A stretch of DNA of 64,000 bases from IMG/VR virus record IMGVR_UViG_3300035208_006521, positions 17,413-81,412 of that record; one strand, written 5' to 3'. This document shows positions 20,315 to 28,790 of the stretch, one piece after another (position 1 is the stretch's first letter; the number at the start of each line of letters is the position of its first letter). The stretch comes from a virus. Taxonomy: Duplodnaviria > Caudoviricetes. Made by a program: the position numbers and the translations under genes. The notes beneath the pieces were generated by a model. The model did not search any database. It was not told the origin of the DNA and saw nothing but the letters and a program-made list of their open reading frames with translations.

Positions 20315-21235
20315 CTATCTTTCATCCAGTGTAGGTATTGGGGCATACGACATTTCCTTGACAGTTGATATATGGTCCATATATGCTGCCTTTATTGCAT
20401 TTGCCAACAACCTTGCTGTTACAAGACTAGTAGCATTCGCCGCTGTTATCTGCATATTGTCCACCAGGGTGTTGTGACTGGTAAGATTCAACATATGAGC
20501 ATTCAGATCCCCTTTCATTTCTGTTAAAAAAGTATTAACAGAAGTCTGAACCGAACCTACTGCACTAACTGCCATTGCATTTGTAGCATCAGCGCCTCCG
20601 TGAACAGAAGCAGTTACATTTACCCTGTGTGCTTCATATTTGGTTCTGATATCATCCAGGAGAGCTTGTATTTGTTCCCAAGTTGCTTCTGGAAGAAGAT
20701 CATCCAAAGTTACCAGATTTGCCGTGTCAACTGCTCCGTGACAAGAAGTGATATTGTTAAGGTGCAGATTGAACATAGTCTTTATCTGGTTAGCAAGGGT
20801 TATAGCCGTTGCTTTATCCGAAACTGCAGGTTCTGTAACTGTATTCGGGTCGTCGGAACCTGCATGGACACTGCCTGTGATGAAAACATGATGGGCATTG
20901 TACTTGGCTTTTAAATCATCAGCCAAGGCTTTTACCTTCTCATATACACTTGAAGCAGTTATCACATTAGTTGAATCCGCAGCCTTGTGATAAGTGGTGG
21001 ATGCTATGTGGGTTTCATAAGCTGATTGTAGTTCCTTCTCCAAGTCAGCTATTACATCCAGGCTACCAGCATCTTTTGCGGATACAACATTCGTTGAATC
21101 GTTGACTTTGTGTGGATTCATGTCCTGAAATACCACTGAAGCCAAATTATTCACGAGATTTATCATTTTGTCCATCCTATCAATCATATCACTCCAGGCT
21201 GGACAAGAATGATTTAATTTATCCCTTAATTTCAT
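20315..21235 (-). CDS. His-repeat protein, putative capsid decoration/fibre
   Basis: 306 aa directly after MCP, with about six repeats of [YFL]xxH-x6-8-H..D..N. Confidence 0.55.
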   Translation of the reverse strand: MKLRDKLNHSCPAWSDMIDRMDKMINLVNNLASVVFQDMNPHKVNDSTNVVSAKDAGSLDVIADLEKELQSAYETHIASTTYHKAADSTNVITASSVYEKVKALADDLKAKYNAHHVFITGSVHAGSDDPNTVTEPAVSDKATAITLANQIKTMFNLHLNNITSCHGAVDTANLVTLDDLLPEATWEQIQALLDDIRTKYEAHRVNVTASVHGGADATNAMAVSAVGSVQTSVNTFLTEMKGDLNAHMLNLTSHNTLVDNMQITAANATSLVTARLLANAIKAAYMDHISTVKEMSYAPIPTLDER

Positions 21236-21247
21236 TTATACTACCTC

Positions 21248-22630
21248 CTAAAACCAATCAAGGTTTGATGGGGATATATTGATGATCCTTACCTGTTGTT
21301 CTCTTTTCTTTAATCCCAATGCTCCAAAGAGTAACATCAAGAAGGGATAAACTGCCGCGTTTGTCGGATATAAATCGAATTTCATCATCGGCAAGAATTG
21401 TTCCCATTCTATCGCATCATACATTGGATTCAGATTCAATGCATACACTGTTGAAGTACCCGGTAAGTATGCGTTAGTGTCGGAAACAACCTGCGGAGAA
21501 CCTGTTCTTTTCGTCTGGAAGCATTTTTTATGTCCAGTTGTTTCTCCTTTTTTGGCTCTGTAAATTACCCAACCTGTGCCTGCTGTTGAACCATCTGTGA
21601 TGGTTATATCAACTTGTTCTCCCACACCTACTGCAATTTCTGAATTTGCTGAAGGTATAGATTCCCCGAATTTGTTAACAGCACATACTATATAGCTGTA
21701 TGTTCCTTCATCACCTGATCCAAACTCGGAAGATGTTCCGGATACTGCAAGGCTTATTGTTGGTGCAGAAGGCCTGGAAGCTACTATTACAGAAGCTCTT
21801 GGTACTGCTTTTTCCTGGATGAAGATATCATCTACCAGTTTAGGCGTCCCGAATGGAGTTGGATATTCTGTGAATATTGCTCCTCCTAGAACTTCTCTTT
21901 TTGCTTCAAAACGGATTCTGTTTCTCAAAAGAGCCTGAACGTCCTTCATTACCATTAAGGAGCAATAAAGATCGGTTATTATACCGAAGTTTGCTCTGAT
22001 GATTCTCGCTGCTTCCGTCATGGCTTCTTCGAATTCTGTTGTGTTGGCTGTTTTGCCTCTGAGGTCAATAACATTGACAGTGCCCTGTGAAGTCGGAGCT
22101 GCTGTAATGAGTTTATCTAATCCATCTGGCTGTTCTACTATTACATCAGAATCGCCATTGAATAGGATTTTTTCGACCTGTTTTATAATCCAGAGTGTGC
22201 CGGCCTGTTTTTCGAGTGCAACCGCATCTTCGATCATATTTGCTATCGAAGCCTGCAAGGTAACTTTCCTCAGAGTCTGCAAATATTTCATCAAGACGAA
22301 TGATCTTTCTATCGTCTGATCTTTTTCTACAGAATCACCACCTTCTGGAACCCATGCACCATCCTCGTCACCAACTTCTGTTCTCCTTACCCACTGATGA
22401 GCAACTGATTTGACGGGCTGCTTTTTAAGTGCTTTAAAAAGCTTTGCTTCATCCTGGCTCCAGAGAACGTTGACGAGAGTTGTATCCAGGGATTCAGGCT
22501 GAAGTGCACGCCCTCCTGTGAAAGAAGCAGCATCAACACCTGTGCCTCCTTCTAAGGCTTTTAAAAGGGAATCCATCATTTCTGAATTACCCTGGTGAAA
22601 ACCTTCACTTAAGTCTTTTAAAAGGTCCAT
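21248..22630 (-). CDS. Major capsid protein (Twort/SPO1-like)
   Basis: 460 aa. Contains GGRALQPESLDTTL, FNGDS...QPDGL, PFLMLLFGAL. Predicted maturation site LLK24-A25. Confidence 0.92.
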   Translation of the reverse strand: MDLLKDLSEGFHQGNSEMMDSLLKALEGGTGVDAASFTGGRALQPESLDTTLVNVLWSQDEAKLFKALKKQPVKSVAHQWVRRTEVGDEDGAWVPEGGDSVEKDQTIERSFVLMKYLQTLRKVTLQASIANMIEDAVALEKQAGTLWIIKQVEKILFNGDSDVIVEQPDGLDKLITAAPTSQGTVNVIDLRGKTANTTEFEEAMTEAARIIRANFGIITDLYCSLMVMKDVQALLRNRIRFEAKREVLGGAIFTEYPTPFGTPKLVDDIFIQEKAVPRASVIVASRPSAPTISLAVSGTSSEFGSGDEGTYSYIVCAVNKFGESIPSANSEIAVGVGEQVDITITDGSTAGTGWVIYRAKKGETTGHKKCFQTKRTGSPQVVSDTNAYLPGTSTVYALNLNPMYDAIEWEQFLPMMKFDLYPTNAAVYPFLMLLFGALGLKKREQQVRIINISPSNLDWF

Positions 22631-22649
22631 TTATTTCCTCCTTTCCTTT

Positions 22650-23360
22650 TTACATTAAAGTCATTACATCATTCGGCAGCGGAATACCTTTTTGTATTCT
22701 ACTTTCGAATTTGATGGAATCTTGAATACTTATTTTCCCTTCATTTACCAATTTAGGTAATTTTGAAAGGGCTTCTGATTTGGTCAGAGATGCTCTCTCT
22801 TCTCCGCCTTCAATGGATTTTCTCATTATCTGAATTTTATCCCCTAAAAGGCTTTTCCTGGGTAGAACTGTACCCCCAATAGCTTCCATTCTTGTGCTGA
22901 TTGATTTTACCAGCTTAGCCTGGGCTACTTCCATACCTTCTTTTTTCCTTAAAGATTTTCTCAAATCTTTAATTTCTTCTGCCTGATATACCATTGCTTT
23001 TGTCAAATCAGTTATCTGATCATCAAGCCTTCTTACCAGACTTTTTAAGAAAGGTGTCACTTCCAGAACATCAGAAGAATCCGGGTCGGAATTCAGACTG
23101 TCTTCGATGGATTTGGAAAGGGCTTCATATTCAGGCTCCCCTGATTTTTGATACTCTTCCTCTTCTTCATCATCTTCATCCTCGTCAAATTCTTCATCAT
23201 CTTCTTCGTTTTCATCTTCGTCGAAGTCTTTTTTGACAACTTTCTTTTTTTTCTTGTCAGCTTTAGAGAGGTCTTCTAAAGCCACATCCAGAGCCTTTTC
23301 CAGCTCTTCACTAGTGGCTTCTTCTAACTCTTCTCCAGCCAATTTCTTTAGTTTGTCCAT
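22650..23360 (-). CDS. Capsid scaffolding protein
   Basis: 236 aa between protease and MCP, with an acidic tract and many L-x-K-[AS] sites. Confidence 0.7.
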   Translation of the reverse strand: MDKLKKLAGEELEEATSEELEKALDVALEDLSKADKKKKKVVKKDFDEDENEEDDEEFDEDEDDEEEEEYQKSGEPEYEALSKSIEDSLNSDPDSSDVLEVTPFLKSLVRRLDDQITDLTKAMVYQAEEIKDLRKSLRKKEGMEVAQAKLVKSISTRMEAIGGTVLPRKSLLGDKIQIMRKSIEGGEERASLTKSEALSKLPKLVNEGKISIQDSIKFESRIQKGIPLPNDVMTLM

Positions 23361-23380
23361 TTTCTCCTCCTATAGACAAA

Positions 23381-24151
23381 TTAGTTTTTAAAAAGAAACT
23401 TTTGAACCATTAAATTTTTTAGTGGTTTATACAAATGAGTTGCTCCTTGAAATTCAAGGTAATCCTGAAAATCATCTTCGCTTCTTATATCCCCGCTTTT
23501 AATTCTCATCAGAAGTTCATTTATTACGGGCTGGACTTCAACATTGTTTGCTCCCTGTAGGCTTTCAGGACTTAACGCTCTACCCCCTGTAAACATGGAA
23601 GAATCAACTCCGGAACCTAACATCAGAGCTTTAGTAAAAGCTCCAAAAGGGATAAGACTCACTTTACCCAAAGTTGATGCATTTGTCGGTTTATAAGTGA
23701 CTGCTGTTTCATCCCATATAACCTGGGTTATCCCAGATAGGGCTTTATTCAATGATACCCTTTTCTTTACATAACCACCAATTGAAGCTCCTAGGCGAGA
23801 TGATTGAGCTTTTAGTAATCTTACAACCGCATCTGCAAATTCTACTCCTTTGTAAAGTTTGCCTTTTACAAATGTCCTGTTTTCCTTGAAACCTACGTCC
23901 TGTGGTTCACCTATTATATACTTTGGTGACTTTTCCAATTTATGTAAATGGTCCCAAGAAATAACTCCACCCTTCAAATAATCTTCAGCCTGTTCCTGTA
24001 ATGCTTTCATGAATACTATTTCCCTGGATTTATCTCTTTCCTCGTTTGAGGCTTCCAGAAATACAGTGTAAGCATCGTTGGGGTCTGACTTAATGATGAT
24101 TTGTCCCATTGGAGAATAAAAAGGGTCAAAGTTTTCTAGATTTTCTCTCAT
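23381..24151 (-). CDS. Prohead protease
   Basis: 256 aa. Contains ASNEERDKSREIV, ISWDHLH, LGASIGG, as in HK97/Twort-type prohead proteases. Confidence 0.85.
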   Translation of the reverse strand: MRENLENFDPFYSPMGQIIIKSDPNDAYTVFLEASNEERDKSREIVFMKALQEQAEDYLKGGVISWDHLHKLEKSPKYIIGEPQDVGFKENRTFVKGKLYKGVEFADAVVRLLKAQSSRLGASIGGYVKKRVSLNKALSGITQVIWDETAVTYKPTNASTLGKVSLIPFGAFTKALMLGSGVDSSMFTGGRALSPESLQGANNVEVQPVINELLMRIKSGDIRSEDDFQDYLEFQGATHLYKPLKNLMVQKFLFKN

Positions 24152-24172
24152 TTGTTTTACCTGTATGTACCT

Positions 24173-24201
24173 ATAATATATTCATAAGGATAAAAAGTAA
24201 A
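24173..24201 (-). promoter_or_regulatory. sigma70-like promoter TTTACT-17-TATTAT upstream of the protease-scaffold-MCP operon
   Basis: Exact 17-nt spacing in an intergenic gap. Confidence 0.6.
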
Positions 24202-24229
24202 CAATTTTTTTCCTATAGTTCACGTAACT

Positions 24230-24433
24230 TTACGGCCTTAATACTTCTTTGACTTCCGAAGGCCTTAATGGAACACAACCAACGCTAAATTTGAGCTTAC
24301 CGGTTGAGTTGCTACACTCAACTCTAAATACCATTAGCAACATTATAATCAATATTACTATCCACTTAGAGTCCTTTAAGAAATTTAATCCTTTGCTTAT
24401 ATCTACTCTTATACTGTGATTTTTATTTGACAT
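24230..24433 (-). CDS. Small membrane protein
   Basis: 67 aa with one TM segment. Confidence 0.55.
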   Translation of the reverse strand: MSNKNHSIRVDISKGLNFLKDSKWIVILIIMLLMVFRVECSNSTGKLKFSVGCVPLRPSEVKEVLRP

Positions 24434-24453
24434 TATTTTCTCCGACTTTTATA

Positions 24454-26016
24454 TTACCACTTATTCCCGTCCGGGTCGTTTCCCTTCATCCATTTTAAAC
24501 TTATCCCGTTGGCTATATCTTTCATAGTTCCAAAATCACTTGCGTCGCATTCACCTGCTTCGACATCGGTTTTATAGCCCTGGGCCAATGCCTTCATTGT
24601 TCCTTCATCCGTCTTTTTGAAAAATACTGTGAATCCTTTTTTGTTTGTTACAAGCAAATTGTTTCCATCCACTTCTACATCTTTAAAGCCCGCTTTTTTG
24701 AATTTATCACTAATATCTGTAATGCTGGTTTTTTTATCTTTTTCAGCTTTATCTTTTTTGGCAGGCATTTTTTTCGACCTGAGTTGGCTATCAGGATATT
24801 GGGGGTTGGATATAAATTTGTCATCTTTCTTTTTGTCTTGTTGCATAAATTCACTTGCATCCATCAACATAGCATTTAACACCATATCTTTTTCTTCTTT
24901 TAAAAAGTTTTCTTCGCCGCCATAAACCATTTTCATATACTTCCCAAAACTTACATCATCCACATCCATTGAATCCGGGTCTGTAAAAATTTCTAATAAC
25001 TCTTTCCTTTTATCCTCTGTACTCATGTTGTCAGATTTTCCTTCTTCTCCCGCATCTGAATAGAATTCTTTATATTCTTTTTCTACCTTTTTATCCGACC
25101 ATCCTCTTATTTTTGTCTCTTCTTCGGCCGCCGTCAATTCTTTTATGGCTTCTTTTTCATATTCTTTTAGATTTTTCGGTCTCCAGCCTGCTTTTAAGGC
25201 ATTCTGGATGCTTGATCTTTCTTCTTTACTTGCTTTTCCTGCTCCCAAAAATGAAGCCAATTCAATTCCGGACATACCTGATCCTTTCTTACTTAAACCA
25301 CTTCCATCAGCCCTGCCCTTACCAGGACCTGCACCTCTGCCATAAGGACCCGTTCCATCCCGTTTTTCTACGCCGAATTTTTTACTTTCTGTTTCTTTAC
25401 TACCGGATGTTCTTCCTTTTTTCTCCTTGTATACATATTTATAATTGCCCTTGGTACCTTCCCTGCGGAGATATTTTGCTTTTAGCATTTCTCCTTCTGA
25501 CATATTTTTTGTTCTGATTTTTAAAGCTTTTTTTAAGCTACTCAATTTATTCTCCCAATTTATCCCTGTGCTTATACTAGTCAGTTCTATCAATTTTAGA
25601 ACTTTTGCGACACGTCCTCTCCACGCATCCTTTCCATAAGTTTCATCTAACCTATTTTTTAGATATCTCTTCCACTTATCCTCAAAATGATTATCCACAA
25701 GATTTTTATAACCATGTCTTACATATGCTGGCAGACTTTTGAATTCTTCGGAAGCCATAACACCCTGGGCTACTTTTCTCATGGCCATTACTTTGCTCCC
25801 AAAATCTTCTTCATATTGACGGTCACTATCACCATTCCCCTTATTTCTAGTCCCAACCCTGTTGGCGGTATTTTTTTGTTCTTTGATATCCTCTTTTGAT
25901 AAATGTTTTTCTCCCGATCCCTTATAAGTATACTTATAATGACCAGGTCCACCTTCTCTCTTGATATATTTAGCTTTTAATAATCTCTCCTCTAAAGCCT
26001 CTTTTAAGTTATTCAT
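24454..26016 (-). CDS. Putative internal head (cargo) protein with two leader/module-B copies
   Basis: 520 aa. Contains LLKA-KYIKREGGPGHYKYTY and an internal MLKA-KYLRREGTKGNYKYVY. Confidence 0.7.
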   Translation of the reverse strand: MNNLKEALEERLLKAKYIKREGGPGHYKYTYKGSGEKHLSKEDIKEQKNTANRVGTRNKGNGDSDRQYEEDFGSKVMAMRKVAQGVMASEEFKSLPAYVRHGYKNLVDNHFEDKWKRYLKNRLDETYGKDAWRGRVAKVLKLIELTSISTGINWENKLSSLKKALKIRTKNMSEGEMLKAKYLRREGTKGNYKYVYKEKKGRTSGSKETESKKFGVEKRDGTGPYGRGAGPGKGRADGSGLSKKGSGMSGIELASFLGAGKASKEERSSIQNALKAGWRPKNLKEYEKEAIKELTAAEEETKIRGWSDKKVEKEYKEFYSDAGEEGKSDNMSTEDKRKELLEIFTDPDSMDVDDVSFGKYMKMVYGGEENFLKEEKDMVLNAMLMDASEFMQQDKKKDDKFISNPQYPDSQLRSKKMPAKKDKAEKDKKTSITDISDKFKKAGFKDVEVDGNNLLVTNKKGFTVFFKKTDEGTMKALAQGYKTDVEAGECDASDFGTMKDIANGISLKWMKGNDPDGNKW

Positions 26017-26354
26017 TCTGTTTCTCCTAAATGGTTTAATTTGGCGGCTTCAACAGATTCGGAAGCCATATTGATAGTATTCTCTAACAATGATCTATCA
26101 TGTAACAACTTCATATAACTGAATTTTTTATCCTCATATTCTTCATCCATTTCTTTGCCTGAAGTATAAGGCTCTAATTCTCTTCCCTTTTTTTCTATCC
26201 TACCTTTTAATATTTTCAAATGCTTCTGGGCAGCTTCCATTATTGCTTCTTGTTCTTTTATTATCCCCCTTATATAAACTTTTCCTTTTGCATAAGCATT
26301 ATTGAGTTTGTTTATATCTTTCTCTGTTATTCTTTTTGTTGATTGTAAGTTCAT
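26013..26354 (-). CDS. Hypothetical helical protein
   Basis: 113 aa, translationally coupled on both sides. Confidence 0.65.
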   Translation of the reverse strand: MNLQSTKRITEKDINKLNNAYAKGKVYIRGIIKEQEAIMEAAQKHLKILKGRIEKKGRELEPYTSGKEMDEEYEDKKFSYMKLLHDRSLLENTINMASESVEAAKLNHLGETE

Positions 26355-28111
26355 TTGTTTTCTTCCTTTGCAAATTTTTTATAAAATCTTATTTCACTAC
26401 CCATTTTGGAATAATCATACCATTCTCCTGTATGATAATCCATTGCTTTTTTATCCCGCTTTATTTTAATTTTCGTATTTGCCAAGGGCCCGTGTTCAAA
26501 TTCAATTATATCCCCCACTTTCGGATCAGAGTCGTGGAGTTTGAATATAGGTGTTTCTTTTCCGGGTTTTGCTTCCTCCGCATAAACCTGTACCCAGTCA
26601 TCATTATAATCCCCAGTCTGTTGGGTATATATATTTGTCAGCTTGTCTAACCCTTTTTGTTTTATATAGCTTCTTACCCATGCTTCTGCTGATTTTTCAG
26701 ACGTACTCTTGAATGTAAAAGCCATACTACCTTCTCCGGCGTCTATATAATCGGGTATATTGCTTCTTGGTACTCTATCACTATCGCCTCTTTTTTGATA
26801 GTCATCATTAGCATACTGGGAATAATCCGTCTTTTTAGATTCTTTCTTCGATTCTGTTTTAACTACTAGCTTAGGCTGTTCGATTGGTGCTGGGGTTAAA
26901 TTATTTATATCCCTGTTTTCTGAATTGAATTCACCCAACTCTATAGAACCATAACCTCCACCGCCCATTACTTTAGAAGGTGGGGTTAATTCCTTAACAC
27001 TAAACCCACTTCCTCTTAAATCATTAACGATTGAATTAAATCTATCGGTTGATATACCGTGAAATCCTATCCTTTTGGGGTTATATTTATCTATTTCATA
27101 ACTATTGCCGGAAGAATGTGTCCAGCCTCTTATAGCGGTCCCCGTGACTTTAGTCACTTCCAGTCCATATTTATGAAATATATCCTTTGCGAGTTTCAGA
27201 TTCAAATCTTCGTACTTCATTTTTCTCTCGAATTTTTCAAGCTCTCTCCTGGCATTTTCAAAAACTTTTAATCCTTGTTTTTTTCTTCTTGCTGGAATTT
27301 CCATATAAAATTTCCGGGCACTTTCTATTCTATCATTAAGCATTTTCCTTTGTCTTTCCCTTTCATCTTCGCCTGTCTTTTTTATCACTAGTTTTTTTTC
27401 TTTTGGTTTTTGTATGTCGCCTGCAGCCGGTACTCCAATCTGGGGTGTTGCTTGATAATTACTTATATATTCCCTTGCCTTTACATACTGGGTTCCTTCA
27501 GGTCCTAGCATTATCTCTTTTGCTTTTTCTACTCCCATTTCTTTCACATATTCATGGAAATTTTCTTTCGCTTTTTTGACTGCTTCTATTTCCCTCTGAC
27601 TGAGTGACTTTTTTTCAGCTAATTCATCGATTTTACTTTGGTAATATTCAACTCTTTCCCATGCATGTTTTTTATTATCTTCTGTTTCCCCGGTATCATT
27701 TGCTATGTTCCTGAAATGTTCTTTCTTTTCTTCCCATGGTTTTATCTGTTCATCGAAAGAAAGTTCTTTTGACGCTAAATTTGCTTCAGTCCATCCTGCA
27801 AGCCATTCTTTCATCATCCCTGCGGAGCTACTTCCTACTTTTTTACCTTTTATCTGTTCCATCAAATCATAATCTCTGGCAGGAATTGCCATTTTTCCTT
27901 CCTTAAATGCTTTTCTACCCATTTCCCTGGCTTGCTGGGTTGATATATTCTTTGTTGTACCCTGTTCCTTCTTGTCACTACCGGTTTTCGCTTTTTGTCC
28001 TGCTTTACCGACATATTTCCATCCAGTGGCAGTTTTCTGATATTTTCTACCACTATATTCTTTTATTGTTCCGTTGGGTACTGCTTTTGCTTTTAATAAT
28101 ATGAGTCTCAT
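26351..28111 (-). CDS. Putative internal head (cargo) multidomain protein
   Basis: 586 aa. Leader MRLILLKA-KAVPNGTIKEYSGRKYQKTATGW. Confidence 0.7.
   Translation of the reverse strand: MRLILLKAKAVPNGTIKEYSGRKYQKTATGWKYVGKAGQKAKTGSDKKEQGTTKNISTQQAREMGRKAFKEGKMAIPARDYDLMEQIKGKKVGSSSAGMMKEWLAGWTEANLASKELSFDEQIKPWEEKKEHFRNIANDTGETEDNKKHAWERVEYYQSKIDELAEKKSLSQREIEAVKKAKENFHEYVKEMGVEKAKEIMLGPEGTQYVKAREYISNYQATPQIGVPAAGDIQKPKEKKLVIKKTGEDERERQRKMLNDRIESARKFYMEIPARRKKQGLKVFENARRELEKFERKMKYEDLNLKLAKDIFHKYGLEVTKVTGTAIRGWTHSSGNSYEIDKYNPKRIGFHGISTDRFNSIVNDLRGSGFSVKELTPPSKVMGGGGYGSIELGEFNSENRDINNLTPAPIEQPKLVVKTESKKESKKTDYSQYANDDYQKRGDSDRVPRSNIPDYIDAGEGSMAFTFKSTSEKSAEAWVRSYIKQKGLDKLTNIYTQQTGDYNDDWVQVYAEEAKPGKETPIFKLHDSDPKVGDIIEFEHGPLANTKIKIKRDKKAMDYHTGEWYDYSKMGSEIRFYKKFAKEENK
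28080..28103. repeat. 24-bp direct repeat copy 1 (ACTGCTTTTGCTTTTAATAATATG), encodes ILLKAKAV
   Basis: Identical to 30433-30456. Confidence 0.9.
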
Positions 28112-28172
28112 GTTTTCCTCACATAAATTTTCTTATCCTGCTACTACATCCAATTCTTCTCAAAAAATTCTT

Positions 28173-28475
28173 TCAAATTTTTTGCTTCACCTTTTCCGGG
28201 TTTTTACTCTTTGTTGCAGCCTTCTTTTTTCTATCTGACAATATCTTATTTGCTTTATATTCATTCTGGAACATCTTCGCTTCCTGTTTTACTTTTGCTG
28301 AGGGTTTATAGGTCTTTGTTTTGCTTTTTGCTTTGCTTTTTCTTCCGCTAGGAACAAACACCCAACCATTCTTTGTTTTTTTGTACTTCTTACCGCTGTA
28401 AGTTTTCACCGTACCAATGGCAAGTTTTTCGGCTTTCATAAGCCTGTCAAGTAAAGCTTCTTTCAAATTGTTCAT
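28173..28475 (-). CDS. Small basic putative internal head protein
   Basis: 100 aa. Leader MNNLKEALLDRLMKA-EKLAIGTVKTYSGKKYKKTKNGW. Confidence 0.7.
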   Translation of the reverse strand: MNNLKEALLDRLMKAEKLAIGTVKTYSGKKYKKTKNGWVFVPSGRKSKAKSKTKTYKPSAKVKQEAKMFQNEYKANKILSDRKKKAATKSKNPEKVKQKI

Positions 28476-28744
28476 TTTATTTCTCCTTTTTTTATTACAA
28501 GTTTTGTTTCTTTTAATAATCTCCTAGGATTATCTTTTACTACTTCTATCAACTTATTACTTCCGTTATCAAACTTACACTCTACCACTGCTTCTATATC
28601 GCCCCCTGAAGCAAATCCTGCAAAGTATTTACAATCTCTGCAATTGTTATCATAGAATTCTACACCCCATTCAACCAGCTCATTATTCTTTCTACAATAT
28701 ATCCTACCCATAGAATCCGGTATCATTTGAAATGTTGTTTTCAT
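28472..28744 (-). CDS. Hypothetical protein with CxxC
   Basis: 90 aa, with an upstream RBS and a promoter-like element. Confidence 0.6.
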   Translation of the reverse strand: MKTTFQMIPDSMGRIYCRKNNELVEWGVEFYDNNCRDCKYFAGFASGGDIEAVVECKFDNGSNKLIEVVKDNPRRLLKETKLVIKKGEIK

Positions 28745-28756
28745 TTTCTTTCCCCT

Positions 28757-28785
28757 ATATTATATCCCTTTTGTTAAATTGTAAA
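28757..28785 (-). promoter_or_regulatory. Putative promoter GTTTACA ... TATAAT/TAATAT
   Basis: Intergenic. Spacer is 15 nt to TATAAT or 17 nt to TAATAT. Confidence 0.4.
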
Positions 28786-28790
28786 CCTTT

